Positions 54,327 to 64,000 of a stretch of 64,000 bases of DNA are shown here, in pieces. The first letter of the stretch is position 1; every line of letters begins with the position of its first letter. A program made the position numbers and the translations under genes. Origin of the DNA: Peribolospora baueri. Its lineage: Eukaryota. Under the pieces are notes generated by a model. That model ran no database searches and was not told the origin of the DNA. It saw only the letters and a program-made list of their open reading frames with translations. The stretch is from NCBI GenBank assembly GCA_029717555.1, contig JAMDHS010000015.1:1-64000 (forward strand), given 5' to 3'.

Positions 54327-56515
54327 CTACCCACTAGCGGGATAAAGCTGCCAGTCAAAACGAACACCATAGCCCCACATCGCGCCAGGTCCGCAGAACG
54401 AGGGCCGCTGCGTTGCGTTCACGATCTCCATCTGCGTCCCGCCCCCTCCCGTGCCCAGGAGGAGCAGGTCGAGCTGCGTACCGCTCACGACGGGCTGCCA
54501 GTGGGCGTAGGCTGCAGAGGAGGGGGAGAACGGCGGATTGGGGTTTCCGGAGCGGGCGAAGGTCGCCCAGCGGGCTTGAACCTCGGCGGAGAGCGCGTGC
54601 TGGGCTGCCGTCGCGGTCGCTGGGTAGGTGCCAAAAGTGAGGTAAATGTCGTCTTCGTGGCACTGTGCATGGAGGTGGAAAGGGGTGAGTGGAGAAGAAA
54701 GCAATGGACAATGTCGAGCAAAGAGGAAAGGACGGAAGGATGGAAGGAAGGAAAGTACTCACGACTCTGCCGGCGACGTTACAATACCCCCACCCAGCGT
54801 TGCTCGGGTACTGTACGCCTTCCATAAACTCGCCCAAGTAGACCGCCCCCCCGCTGGCGGCGATGTCCCTTGCTAACACCTGCGCGGCGCACCTCCACGC
54901 GCCGTCGGTTCCGATGTCTTCGAGCCTCTCCGTGGGCAGATCGGGATCAGAAGAGTTCGCCGGCGGAGCATACGACTGTATGACCGAGTCCAGGGATGTG
55001 CCGTTGCCGCTTACCCTCTGGACGCCGATGAAGGAGGCCGCGTACGAGTCGAAGGCGGAAGCAGGAATGGGATTGTTATTTGTCACGCTGGCCACCGTCG
55101 GGCCGGCCTCGTTGGCAACGGTGGTGATGACGAGCGACTTGCCCTTCGCCGCGCCCGGGTTGTCTTGCAGTTCCGCGGTGACCAGCGAGCCGTAGACAGG
55201 TCTCCAGGGCTCGGCCCCCGAGATGGCCGGGTTAGCGGCGGGCGCGGAGGATGCGAGCGCGTACTCGGCTTGGAGCAGGTCGCTCATGTTGGCGCCACGG
55301 AGGCAGGACAGAGAGGAGCAGTTGAGAGACGAGAGAGTCTGGTCTCCAAGCGAGTCGGCAACTTGGGCGGAGGAGAGGGCGTAGTTCATCGGGTCGCTCT
55401 GGAGGATGGCGCGGGAGAAGAGGGGCGAGGCGGACGGGGTGCCGAGGAGGGCGCGAATCATGTGCGCACCGGAGGATTGGCCAAAGAGGGTCACGCTGGA
55501 GGTGTCGCCACCGAAGGAAGGCGCGATGATGTGAAGAAACGCGAGTGCCATCATTACGTCCCGGACTGCCTGGTTCCCCGCGACCTTTTCGCTCCCCGGC
55601 GACCCGCCGGCCGCCTCGTCGAGGGTGGAGGCGGTCTGGAAGAAACCGAACACGCCGAGGCGGTACTGGATCGTGACGACGATAACGTTCTGCAGATGCG
55701 CCAGCGTGGAGCCGTCGAGGCCGGCGGCGGTGGAGGAGCCTTCGATGAAGGAGCCGCCGTGGATCCAGACCATGACCGGCAGGGCCGAAGCGGCCGTGGC
55801 GTCGAGAGGCTGATAGATGTTGAGGTCTGCTCGCGAAAAGCCAAGGCAATGGCAGTAGGATTTGTTATATTCGCTGGCGGCTCTTCCCAGCGGAGGCTGA
55901 CTCCGTCGTTCGACTCACAGAGACAATCCTCCGAAGACTGGTTGCCTCCCCGAGAGGAGTCATAATACTGAGGGCAGGCGTTAGGGAGCACACTCGCATC
56001 GAGGCTGTATCGCGTCGTTCGGTGAGAGAGTTATAGATGCAAAGGGAGAAGAAGACCCGGGGACGGTTGATGTGCAAAGAGTAAAGCGAAACGGATTGAA
56101 GAGTGCGTCAGCGACCCGGTATCCTGCCGACGCTTTTTCAGCGCGCTCACGTTGAATTCCAAGACGTCACAGGCTGTGGATTGGCGAACCTCAACTGTCC
56201 GAGCGGCGGTCGAGCGAAGGGCAAAGTGAACCTATTCGCGTTGGCGTCGGCAAATCCGCGGACAAGACCATAAGGAGTGGCAGTGGTAGGAAGGGCTGGG
56301 GGGCCGGAGCGGGTGGGGTGGGGGATCAGGGAGGCGGGTATAAAGCCGAAGGTGTTGTTGAGTAAGGCCGCGAGAGGGTCGATAATGGAGATGGACCAGG
56401 TCGACGTGGACTGGGGTGCGGGGGAGGAAATGGGAGAGGCGAAGGTGTAGGGTGCGAACCAGGCGAGAAGGGATGAGAGAAGGAGGAAGGGGGTGAGATT
56501 GAAGATGAGTGGCAT
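54327..56515 (-). CDS. Secreted type-B carboxylesterase (alpha/beta hydrolase), multi-exon
   Basis: Signal peptide; FARPPLGQLRFANP; SEDCL; VWIHGGSF; QYRLGVFGF; nucleophile elbow GQSSG; ANEAG (Glu); CHEDD (His). Confidence 0.93.
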
Positions 56516-57874
56516 GGTGGTGAGACAATGGAAGGCGGAAGGGGAGAAAAATGGAGAAAGGGGAGGGGAGGAAGCAGCAGTGGAGACGAAGGGAGAGCTC
56601 AGCTTTATGGGGGCGAGCAAGCCGTGGAACTGAGCGAGAAAGGAAAGAAAAGGGGGAAGACGAGCGTTGAATGACAGTGGAGCCGAGGATGTGAGTGCTG
56701 AGCGCGCACACGTCTCAGCGAACATCCTGAGCACGGAGGGACGGTCGAAGTGGGTAAGAACCGCCTGCCCGTGGAGGAAGCAAACCATTCTTGGAGGCCG
56801 AGGGACGTGGATGCATGAATGTCTAGCCGACGCTGAGCGAAGAGGGAAGAAAGGAAGAGAAGAGGAAATTACATCCACACATCGACCTGAAAGGCTTTAG
56901 CCGCCAAAAGTCAGCAGTCCGTCCAGTTTTGGGAACAAGGAAAGGGAAGGGAAGTCAGTCGTGGTACGAAATCGAGTTGGTGGTCAAGGTAGAAGAAAGG
57001 AACGACGCTCGGCCGGGACGCGTGCCCCCTTTGTCCTCCCCGAGACGAAGTGGAGAGGTGAGAAGAATGAATGTGTCGCTTCACCGGGATGGATAAAAAA
57101 TTGACGTTAGATGCCGTCATAACTCAGCCAATCATCCATCCTTCCGCCCTCGTCACCCGTCACAAACATGATGGCAGAGCTACATAGCGAGACGCGGCCA
57201 GGCTTGACCTGGGCTCGAGATCGCTAGAAGCTTGAGCATGAATGAATTGGGCAAGCAGCGTGGACGTCACGGAAGCAAGTAGAACCGGTCATGGCTGTCT
57301 AGGAGGAGGGAGGCAGCGTGTGCGGGAGAAGAATCAGCGAAGACAATGTGACGAGAGGGGCCCCGCGAAGAGAAGGAAGACGAACGACAGCGACGGCGGC
57401 AGAGGCGCCAAGGTAGCGCCGTCGCTCTAATGAGATCGCTTGCTTAACGTGCACAGCCTCAAAGTCAGCGCCACCTCTTCCTCCATACTTCCCCGACCAA
57501 GGACGCCGACGTGGTTGTTCCCTAAAGACATGGCGAGGTGTGCGTCGAGTGCGACGCGATTTATACGCATTCAACGCCTCTGCTGGCTATAATGTTGATC
57601 TTAGGCGAGGTAACCATAGTATCTCGAAGTGCAATTAACGATGATGCCTACGTGTCACGTGCGATCTCTCTTACTCCTGCTTCGATCTGTGTCGCGGGCA
57701 ACCCGCGTCTCCCCATTGCTCTGTCCTGATTGGTCGGGACGCACGCGGGCGCACGTGATCATCCGCGTGGCCAGTTCTCTTCCCTATTCTTTCATCCCTA
57801 TCCCCTCTCCCTTTCATTACTGTCCTCTCCCTTTATCCTATGTATGGTCCGCCCATTCCCTGATCCTTATTCGA

Positions 57875-58188
57875 TGTACATCAGCACCTCAGGGCACCCT
57901 CTGAAGATCCACCACCTTACCACCACCAAAACCAATCGATCCAGTTCTATTCTCTGTTTTCCCGTTCGACGACTCGCTTCCGTTCAACTACTACTCGCAT
58001 CCACGACAATCTGCCAATCTCCCTGCCCTCATCGGCCACCACGACTCAGCTCAATGGCCCTCCCTCTGTGCGCCGCTACCGAGCAATGGACCGGTGAATA
58101 CGCTGCCGTGATGGATGCACGATACTTGGCGATTATTCCTCTCGCCTTCGTTCAGCGAGCTGGGAAGAAGGCCGCGTACCTTTTCACA
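57875..58188. mobile_element. Solo-LTR-like unit M3, copy 2
   Basis: TGTACAT...CCTTTTCACA, homologous to 43132-43452. Confidence 0.5.
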
Positions 58189-58193
58189 GTCTG

Positions 58194-58484
58194 CTTCAAT
58201 AAATCCAAGAATTTCACCTCTAGCAATTGACTACTAATGCCCCCGCCTATCCCTATTAATCATTACGGCGATTCCAGAAACCAACAAAATAGAACCGCAC
58301 GTCCTATTTTATTATTCCATGCTAATATATTCGGACATAGGCCTGCTTTGAACACTAATTTTTTCAAAGTAAAAGTCCTGGTTCGCCCGCACAGTGAAGG
58401 GCATACGGGTTCACCAAGAAGGAAGACCCGGCCAACCAGTACACGCTGTGAAGCGGACCGGCCGGCCAGGCCTGAAGTTCAACT
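58194..58484 (-). pseudogene. Isolated 18S rRNA gene fragment (V4 region, about 290 bp)
   Basis: Minus strand reads AGTTGAAC...TTTACTTTGAAAAAATTAGTGTTCAAAGCAGGC...TTAGCATGGAATAATAAAATAGGAC...GTTCTATTTTGTTGGTTTCT...GTAATGATTAATAGGGA...AGAGGTGAAATTCTTGGATTTATTGAAG, which are conserved eukaryotic SSU rRNA blocks. No other rDNA flanks it. Confidence 0.93.
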
Positions 58485-59845
58485 GCATCCATCACGGTAG
58501 CGTATTCACCTGTCCATTGCCGGGAAGCGGGGCGCAGAGGGAGGGGCATTGAGCTGAGCCGTGGTGGCCGATGAGGGCAGGAAGATTGGCAGATCGAAGC
58601 AGGAGTAAAAAAAATAAATAAATAAAGACGGAGGGAGATCGCACGTGACACCTAGGCATTATCGTTAATTGCACTTCGAGATACTGTTTGCTACAGGAAC
58701 AAAAGGACAGCAACAACGCCGCGCCACCAGCGGAGCCAACGGAGCGAATTGATATTTGCTGTAGGAAATAGGAGCAAGATACCCACACAGCAACGAGCGC
58801 GTCCCAGCGGAGCGCACATAGCGAGAAGTGGGTCTCGTAGCCGTCGCTTGAAAGCAAGCCAGAGATGGTGGTTGCAGAGGTTTCTTTTCGGGTGTACTGC
58901 ACTCCTTCCAGCACGCGAACCGTCCAGGACGAGGCTAGGGTTGTTACGACATGGCGAACCGAAACAATAGTTCAATAGCGCTTCAGCGTATCGAAATCGC
59001 AGGACGGCGAGGACGAAGACAAGGGAGCGTCGCAGATGGGGCCTTGTAGGATATGTGAATGAATAGGAAAGCAGGTCGGCCTCGTCTGGGTGATGCGAAT
59101 TTTCAAGGCGACTGGAGTATGACCGTCTTTCCTATCCATGCACATATCCTACAAGGTCCCATCTGCGACGCCCCCTCCCGCCCTGCGATTTCGATACGCC
59201 AAAGCGCTATTGCACTCTTGTTGCAATTCGCCCTGTCGTTATGATCTAGTATAATGTCAGGGAGGGTCCCAACCTAGGGCCGGCTCGACGGTCACCTCAA
59301 CTCCATATTTAATAAGTTAATATTTGATGCACTATGCTATTTTCCCGGAGGGAAACAGTATAAAACAAAACTCTATTGCAATTAATTAAGGTTAATAAAA
59401 GGGCGCGTTCGGCAACCGCAAGCCGCCCAAAATCCCTCCGTTGTAGAGTTGTATTTCCATACAAAAGTTGTGTTACAGAAATCGGCGGCGCGCATGAAAT
59501 TCCTATGTTTGCTAGGTCCGCCTATATGCGTAGTCGTTGATCACATACATCTCTTGCTTTCGCCCCGACCGTCGCCTCACACATCCAATCCACCCACGGC
59601 ATCTCGTCGTTTCCTGTCCGTCCAGCCTCTAACAATACTGGTTCCCTCGCCGACTATCGTGCGGCAGAGCAAGGAAGAGCACTGGGAGCAGTACCGAAGA
59701 CGCCGTTGTCGGGCGGCTCTTCTGGTTGTTGTAGCGAGTGTAGCTGCGCTGAGCTCTACGCCCGCCGCTACTTTGCCAACAAAGCCTACTAACGAATAAG
59801 TAACGGTTGCATGCGCTTTTTTTTCTTTTAAAAAGAAAAATCGTG

Positions 59846-59945
59846 GCTCTGTTAGCTCAGTTGGTTAGAGCGTAGAGCTAATAAGCTTAGTCTAACTAAC
59901 ATTTAGTTCACTCTAAGGTCACAGGTTCGACCCCTGTACAGAGCA
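59846..59945 (+). tRNA. tRNA-Ile(AAU): tRNA-Ile (anticodon AAT) with a 26-nt intron
   Basis: Exons identical to the 44727 copy; intron agcttagtctaactaacatttagttc; followed by a T6 Pol III terminator. Confidence 0.93.
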
Positions 59946-60144
59946 TTTTTTGCATGCACGTACTTTTTTCCACGTGCTCACGACTGCCGGCGGCGCGTCG
60001 AGACGCCAGCGGAACAATAAATGACATGCATTCGCTCTCCCCTGATAGTCGACAGCCTTGGCCATTCTCTTACATATTCGTCCGTCAACCCTTCTAAAGG
60101 GGCTGGGGCTACTTAAGTAGAAATACCGCGGACGCGCGCCTGTG

Positions 60145-60188
60145 CAAGCTTAGCTGGTGTTTTTGCCTTACGGCGCCGGGAGATGGAC
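60145..60188 (+). repeat. Dispersed repeat module M1, copy 2
   Basis: Matches 42991-43035. Confidence 0.85.
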
Positions 60189-60353
60189 AAGTGGGCGTAA
60201 AGGGCTTCCTTCGATGGCCGAGAGAGTGATATATACACAGTCCAGTCGGGCTGCCATAGCCTCACCGTTCGCCCGTTCGCCCCCCTTTTGCTCACTCTTG
60301 ACTCCACTCGCAGGGCGCGCCGGCCTGGGCGAACGACCGCAAGGCAGGCAGAG

Positions 60354-61238
60354 ATGAGCCGACGTCTGTCCTGGCTTCACCTCATTCGGGAGAGCGACAG
60401 GAAAGATGGCGGTGAGCCAGCGACCGCACGACAGACTCGGGCGGCGGTCCGTCGAAGCGGCGAGCGGTCGTCTTTTCGTGACTGAGCGCTCGACACTTCG
60501 CTGACACCTCGTTCGGGCCATCGTCCTCTCCATCGTCGTCCCAGCTACGTCGCCCACGTCGACGGCATCCAACCCCTCTCGCCCCTCCTCGCCTCAGCCT
60601 CTCTCGCCCCCTGGCTCTCCTCTCCTCTCCTCTCCCCCCTCCCCATCTGCCTCCCCCCTCATCCCTTCCGCTCGACCGCGCCGAATCATCTTTCACCACC
60701 GCTCTCAACCCTTCTTCGAGCTAACCAACTTCTACGCCTCGCCCATCACCTTTGATGGAAAGACGTACCCCACGGCCGAGCACCTCTTTCAGGCTCACAA
60801 GTTCCTCGGCGTGAGGCCCGACCTGGCGGAGAGGATGAGGAGTTGCGAGGGGAGTGGGATGGAGGCGCTCGAGTTGGCCAAAGGGCTCGACGGGTTCAAG
60901 AGGGATGATTGGTTTCTCGTGAACGTGGACATGGTGAAGCTGTTCAGTCATTGCTCTGCACAAGGTATTGCTCATACGCTAATGAAACTCGGTGCTCCTA
61001 ACGCACTCCGCTCGCTCTCCCTCTCCCTCCGTAGATGTTCCTCACCGTCCTACTCAAGTTTACCCAACACCCCTCCCTCGCCTCCCTTCTCCTCTCCACC
61101 GGTCATGCGACTCTCGTCGAAGGCGCCCCGAGGGACTTTTTCTGGGGCGCCGGTGCTGACGGGAGCGGGAAGAACATGCTGGGCAAGGTGCTGATGAGGG
61201 TCAGGAGGGTACTCCGGAGAGGAGGACGGTATGGGTGA
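60354..61238 (+). CDS. NADAR (YbiA-like) family protein, 3 exons
   Basis: ELTNFYASPITFDGKTYPTAEHLFQAHKF; DW; LLKFTQHPSLASLLLSTG; LVE...DFFWGAGADGSGKNMLGKVLMRVR. Start exon 60354-60411 is inferred. Confidence 0.88.
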
Positions 61239-61801
61239 CGCGATTGGCAATTTGGAGAAGAGGGAGAGAGGAGGAAGAGGATCGGGAGATGGCGATCTTT
61301 CACCTCAACCATCGCACATATACCGTATACCCATCGAAAACGGAGCGCACTGTGTGCGCGCATGTCCTCTGTCCCTCTCGTCTGACCATGCCAGACGCCT
61401 TCCGTTATGATTTGTAGAGTCGACCACGAGAGACTCGCTCGAATCTCGAAGCGGGGAGGACGCCTCAAAGCAAAACACGCAACGCACGGCACGCCTTCCG
61501 AGCTACAATGACTGGACGTCGATCAATGATTTCTGCCATCCATACTCCCCTTCCCTCCCCACGTCTGTCGTGAACAGAACGGACACCCCGCTCGCTACAT
61601 CGCCCTTACGCACCCTTGGATGAAGATACGTTTTAAACGCTTCTACATGAAATGCCCAATGTCTAGTTTCGATTGTAGTCGTCCGCCGTTGGAACATACA
61701 CGGTTCTCTAACACACGCCAGCCGTTCGGAAACTCTGTATCCGAGGCAAAATAAAAGCTTCGCTCGCGCGCAAGTCTCTGCCAGAAAAGGACGATCCCCG
61801 G

Positions 61802-63934
61802 TCAGCTCGGAGCGGGCTTCTTCTTCTTCTTCTTGACCTGTAAAGTGGTGACGACAGAGGCCGTCGGTGCGCTTGGCTCGACCTCCGCACTAACGGCCGT
61901 AACCTCCTCGAATGGCGGCTCTGGCAGGACGACAGTGTTCTTGACGGCGCTCAGATCCGCTGCCGTCCCGTCGGGCCCTGCCGACGTCATTGTCTCCGAG
62001 GCCGACTGCGCGCCTTCATGCGTGCCCTCGACAACGGTGCCACACGACCGGGACGAAGACGCGGACGCGATGCTCCCCGCCGCGATAGCAAGGCTGGCCA
62101 ATACTCGTCTTGTCTTCTCCTCCCACCTAGCCGTGACCGACGCTGCACCTTTCAAAGTCTCAAAGTCGATGTTGTTGCCCATGATGTAGTTGCGGATCAG
62201 AGAGGACATTTGGACATGTAACAGCGAGAGCGGTTGTGGGCGGAGAGGCGATGTGGGTGACGAAGCTGGAGTAGTGGCTTCGGCTTCGACTTCGGGGGAC
62301 GACGAGCGCGTGGTGAAGACGACCTGGAAGAAGCCGACGACGCGACCGGAGCAACATTCCTGTCGGAAGCCCATTCGCTCCCAGAAGTCCGACACGGTGA
62401 CTTTGTCGAGCGCTCGGCGCTCGTGGAAATATCGGTCCGTCATCATCTCCGTCTCTGCCATCGGCGAGGGGTCCGTACGCAAGCGTGTCGATGTGGGAAG
62501 AGCAGAAGCATCCCCGTTCGTGGTTTTCTTCCCCGAGGTGTCGGGTCCGCCGTCCTGCTCCATTCTCCTTCGCTTTGCGTCCCTCTCGTCGGGCTCGTGT
62601 GCGTCGCCATTCATATGCGCCCGCTTGACTTCAGTGTTCGGCCCCTTAGGACGAGGAGAACCTTGGCGGGCAGAAACGAGAGTGTGCTGCAAGGAATCAG
62701 GCCCTTTAGTAGCCCCCAAAGGACCCACCTCGTACGCGTCCCGCACAATCTCGTCGAGGAAGCGCGCCTTGGGATCGTCCGGGAAGTGAGGGATAAGGTG
62801 TGCAATTGAGGGTGGCAGAGAGTTGCGCCGAACGGGCCCGTCCGCGTTCCCTTTCGTGTTTGCGTCCGCGGTTGACCTTGACGTCGAGATGACGAGGGGG
62901 AAAGGGATCTGCTCAAAAAGTTGATACGCATGGCCGTAGTACCATGGTACTTCGGGCGCTGAGATGGCATTGCAGGAGGGCGAAACGATGATCGGGTCTG
63001 GTGGCGTTCCTTGAAGCGTGGCGGAGACAGCCGAAGGAGGCAAGGGGAGGATTTCCCTGCTATCCAGAGCTGCGTAGCCCGGTATTAGATAGAAAGGGTA
63101 GATCCGCATCGCCCCGCCCCGGCCGTTCTCCCCCTTATCCGCACCGTCTCTCGTGCTAGCCATTCTCCTCGTCTGAAGGGAGATGGCTTCGCTGAGAACG
63201 GCTCTCCACCACTTGATCAAGCCAGTGTCGGTGAGGACTCTCTTGCCCGGATGGTCAGGCGAGCCGGGGAACAGATAGGCGCTCTGCGCTCGAGCGAGAA
63301 GATGGACGTGTAGAGAGTCTACAGGTGCCGAGTTATCACCAGGTGAGTGTCGAGCGCGCCAATGAGCGAAAGACGCGAACCAGTCGATGAACGCGATGGT
63401 CAATGTCTTGCTGACGCTTTCGCCCTTTCGTCGTCGTCGGGCTGACGCTGACGGTGGTGTCGGCTGCTCGGACCTGGACGTTGCGCTATGGCGGGGAATA
63501 TGTCCAGATGAGTCGATCTTGGAGATGTAAAGAAGCGCAGAGCGGGTAGAGGGCACGGTGTAGACATTTGCTTCGATGGCGAAGACGAGGACGGGCTCAA
63601 CCGCCGTGGCGTCATTAGGCGGAGCGGACGTGGAAGAAGGATGGACGGGCTGCGGGGCGTAGGAGGCTGTGACGAAGACGTCCTCGACCCATACCTGCTT
63701 GTACCTGTCCAGGTCGTCATTTGCGGTTCCCTCAGCCAAAGTCGTTGCCGCCGGAGCGGGAGAGAAGGCGTGAGAGTAGAGCGACGTGGACTGACGCGGG
63801 GTCGAGAAGAGCGTTTGCAAGGACACCGAGCCAGCGAACGGCGGCGGGCTGGCCGACAGGGCAGCTGATAGGTGAGCAACTAGCGTAGAAGAGGAGGGGA
63901 GAGCTGACGAAGAGCCGTCCATCGTCGCCGTCAT
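61802..63934 (-). CDS. RTT109: Histone H3K56 acetyltransferase Rtt109 (KAT11), intronless
   Basis: LYISKIDSSG; ARAQSAYLFPGS...KRVL...LIKWW; IPHFPDDPKARFLDE; FWERMGFRQEC..G...GF; C-terminal poly-Lys tail. Confidence 0.93.
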   Translation of the reverse strand: MTATMDGSSSALPSSSTLVAHLSAALSASPPPFAGSVSLQTLFSTPRQSTSLYSHAFSPAPAATTLAEGTANDDLDRYKQVWVEDVFVTASYAPQPVHPSSTSAPPNDATAVEPVLVFAIEANVYTVPSTRSALLYISKIDSSGHIPRHSATSRSEQPTPPSASARRRRKGESVSKTLTIAFIDWFASFAHWRARHSPGDNSAPVDSLHVHLLARAQSAYLFPGSPDHPGKRVLTDTGLIKWWRAVLSEAISLQTRRMASTRDGADKGENGRGGAMRIYPFYLIPGYAALDSREILPLPPSAVSATLQGTPPDPIIVSPSCNAISAPEVPWYYGHAYQLFEQIPFPLVISTSRSTADANTKGNADGPVRRNSLPPSIAHLIPHFPDDPKARFLDEIVRDAYEVGPLGATKGPDSLQHTLVSARQGSPRPKGPNTEVKRAHMNGDAHEPDERDAKRRRMEQDGGPDTSGKKTTNGDASALPTSTRLRTDPSPMAETEMMTDRYFHERRALDKVTVSDFWERMGFRQECCSGRVVGFFQVVFTTRSSSPEVEAEATTPASSPTSPLRPQPLSLLHVQMSSLIRNYIMGNNIDFETLKGAASVTARWEEKTRRVLASLAIAAGSIASASSSRSCGTVVEGTHEGAQSASETMTSAGPDGTAADLSAVKNTVVLPEPPFEEVTAVSAEVEPSAPTASVVTTLQVKKKKKKPAPS

Positions 63935-63991
63935 CTCGAGCGTCGCTGTTTGGAGATGGTTGCAGGTGGAGAGAGATGACGAACGAGCGCG

Positions 63992-63997
63992 ACGCGT
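63992..63997. promoter_or_regulatory. MCB-like ACGCGT element about 60 bp upstream of RTT109
   Basis: gagcgcgACGCGTtta; consistent with S-phase expression, function inferred. Confidence 0.35.
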
Positions 63998-64000
63998 TTA

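Larger units (their letters stand above)
57619..58683. mobile_element. Foldback-like composite: inverted M2/M3 arms enclosing an 18S rDNA fragment
   Basis: Left arm 57619-57689 plus 58009-58119 is the reverse complement of right arm 58485-58683. Confidence 0.6.

Noticed and set aside
58194..58484. Functional rRNA gene
   Set aside because: Only about 290 bp of 18S, with no ITS, 5.8S or LSU nearby.

Overview
GC-rich, intron-rich fungal genomic DNA, most likely from a basidiomycete (short GT-AG introns with GTGAGT/GTGCGT donors and CTGAC/CTAAC branch points, many microsatellites). Most short ORFs in the track are shadow or low-complexity artefacts. By manual splicing I can support about 16 protein genes: a large intronless low-complexity protein, Erv41-like, a GPI-type chitin deacetylase, MDP-1 phosphatase, a kinase-less Plk4-type cryptic-polo-box protein head-to-head with a Borealin/Nbl1-like gene, a GH16 glucanase, a four-TM membrane protein, SDH1, the mRNA guanylyltransferase CEG1, a CASTOR/ACT-domain protein, GEM1/Miro, a VWA protein, a type-B carboxylesterase, a NADAR protein and RTT109. 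There are also two intron-containing tRNA-Ile(AAU) genes. Each tRNA gene sits in a lower-GC mosaic island (about 42.99-44.81 kb and 57.6-60.2 kb) built from the same shuffled repeat modules, including a TG...CA-bounded solo-LTR-like unit. One island carries a decayed intron-containing HNH endonuclease gene. The other carries a roughly 290-bp 18S rDNA fragment between inverted repeats. All assignments come from recognising motifs by eye; no database searches were run.
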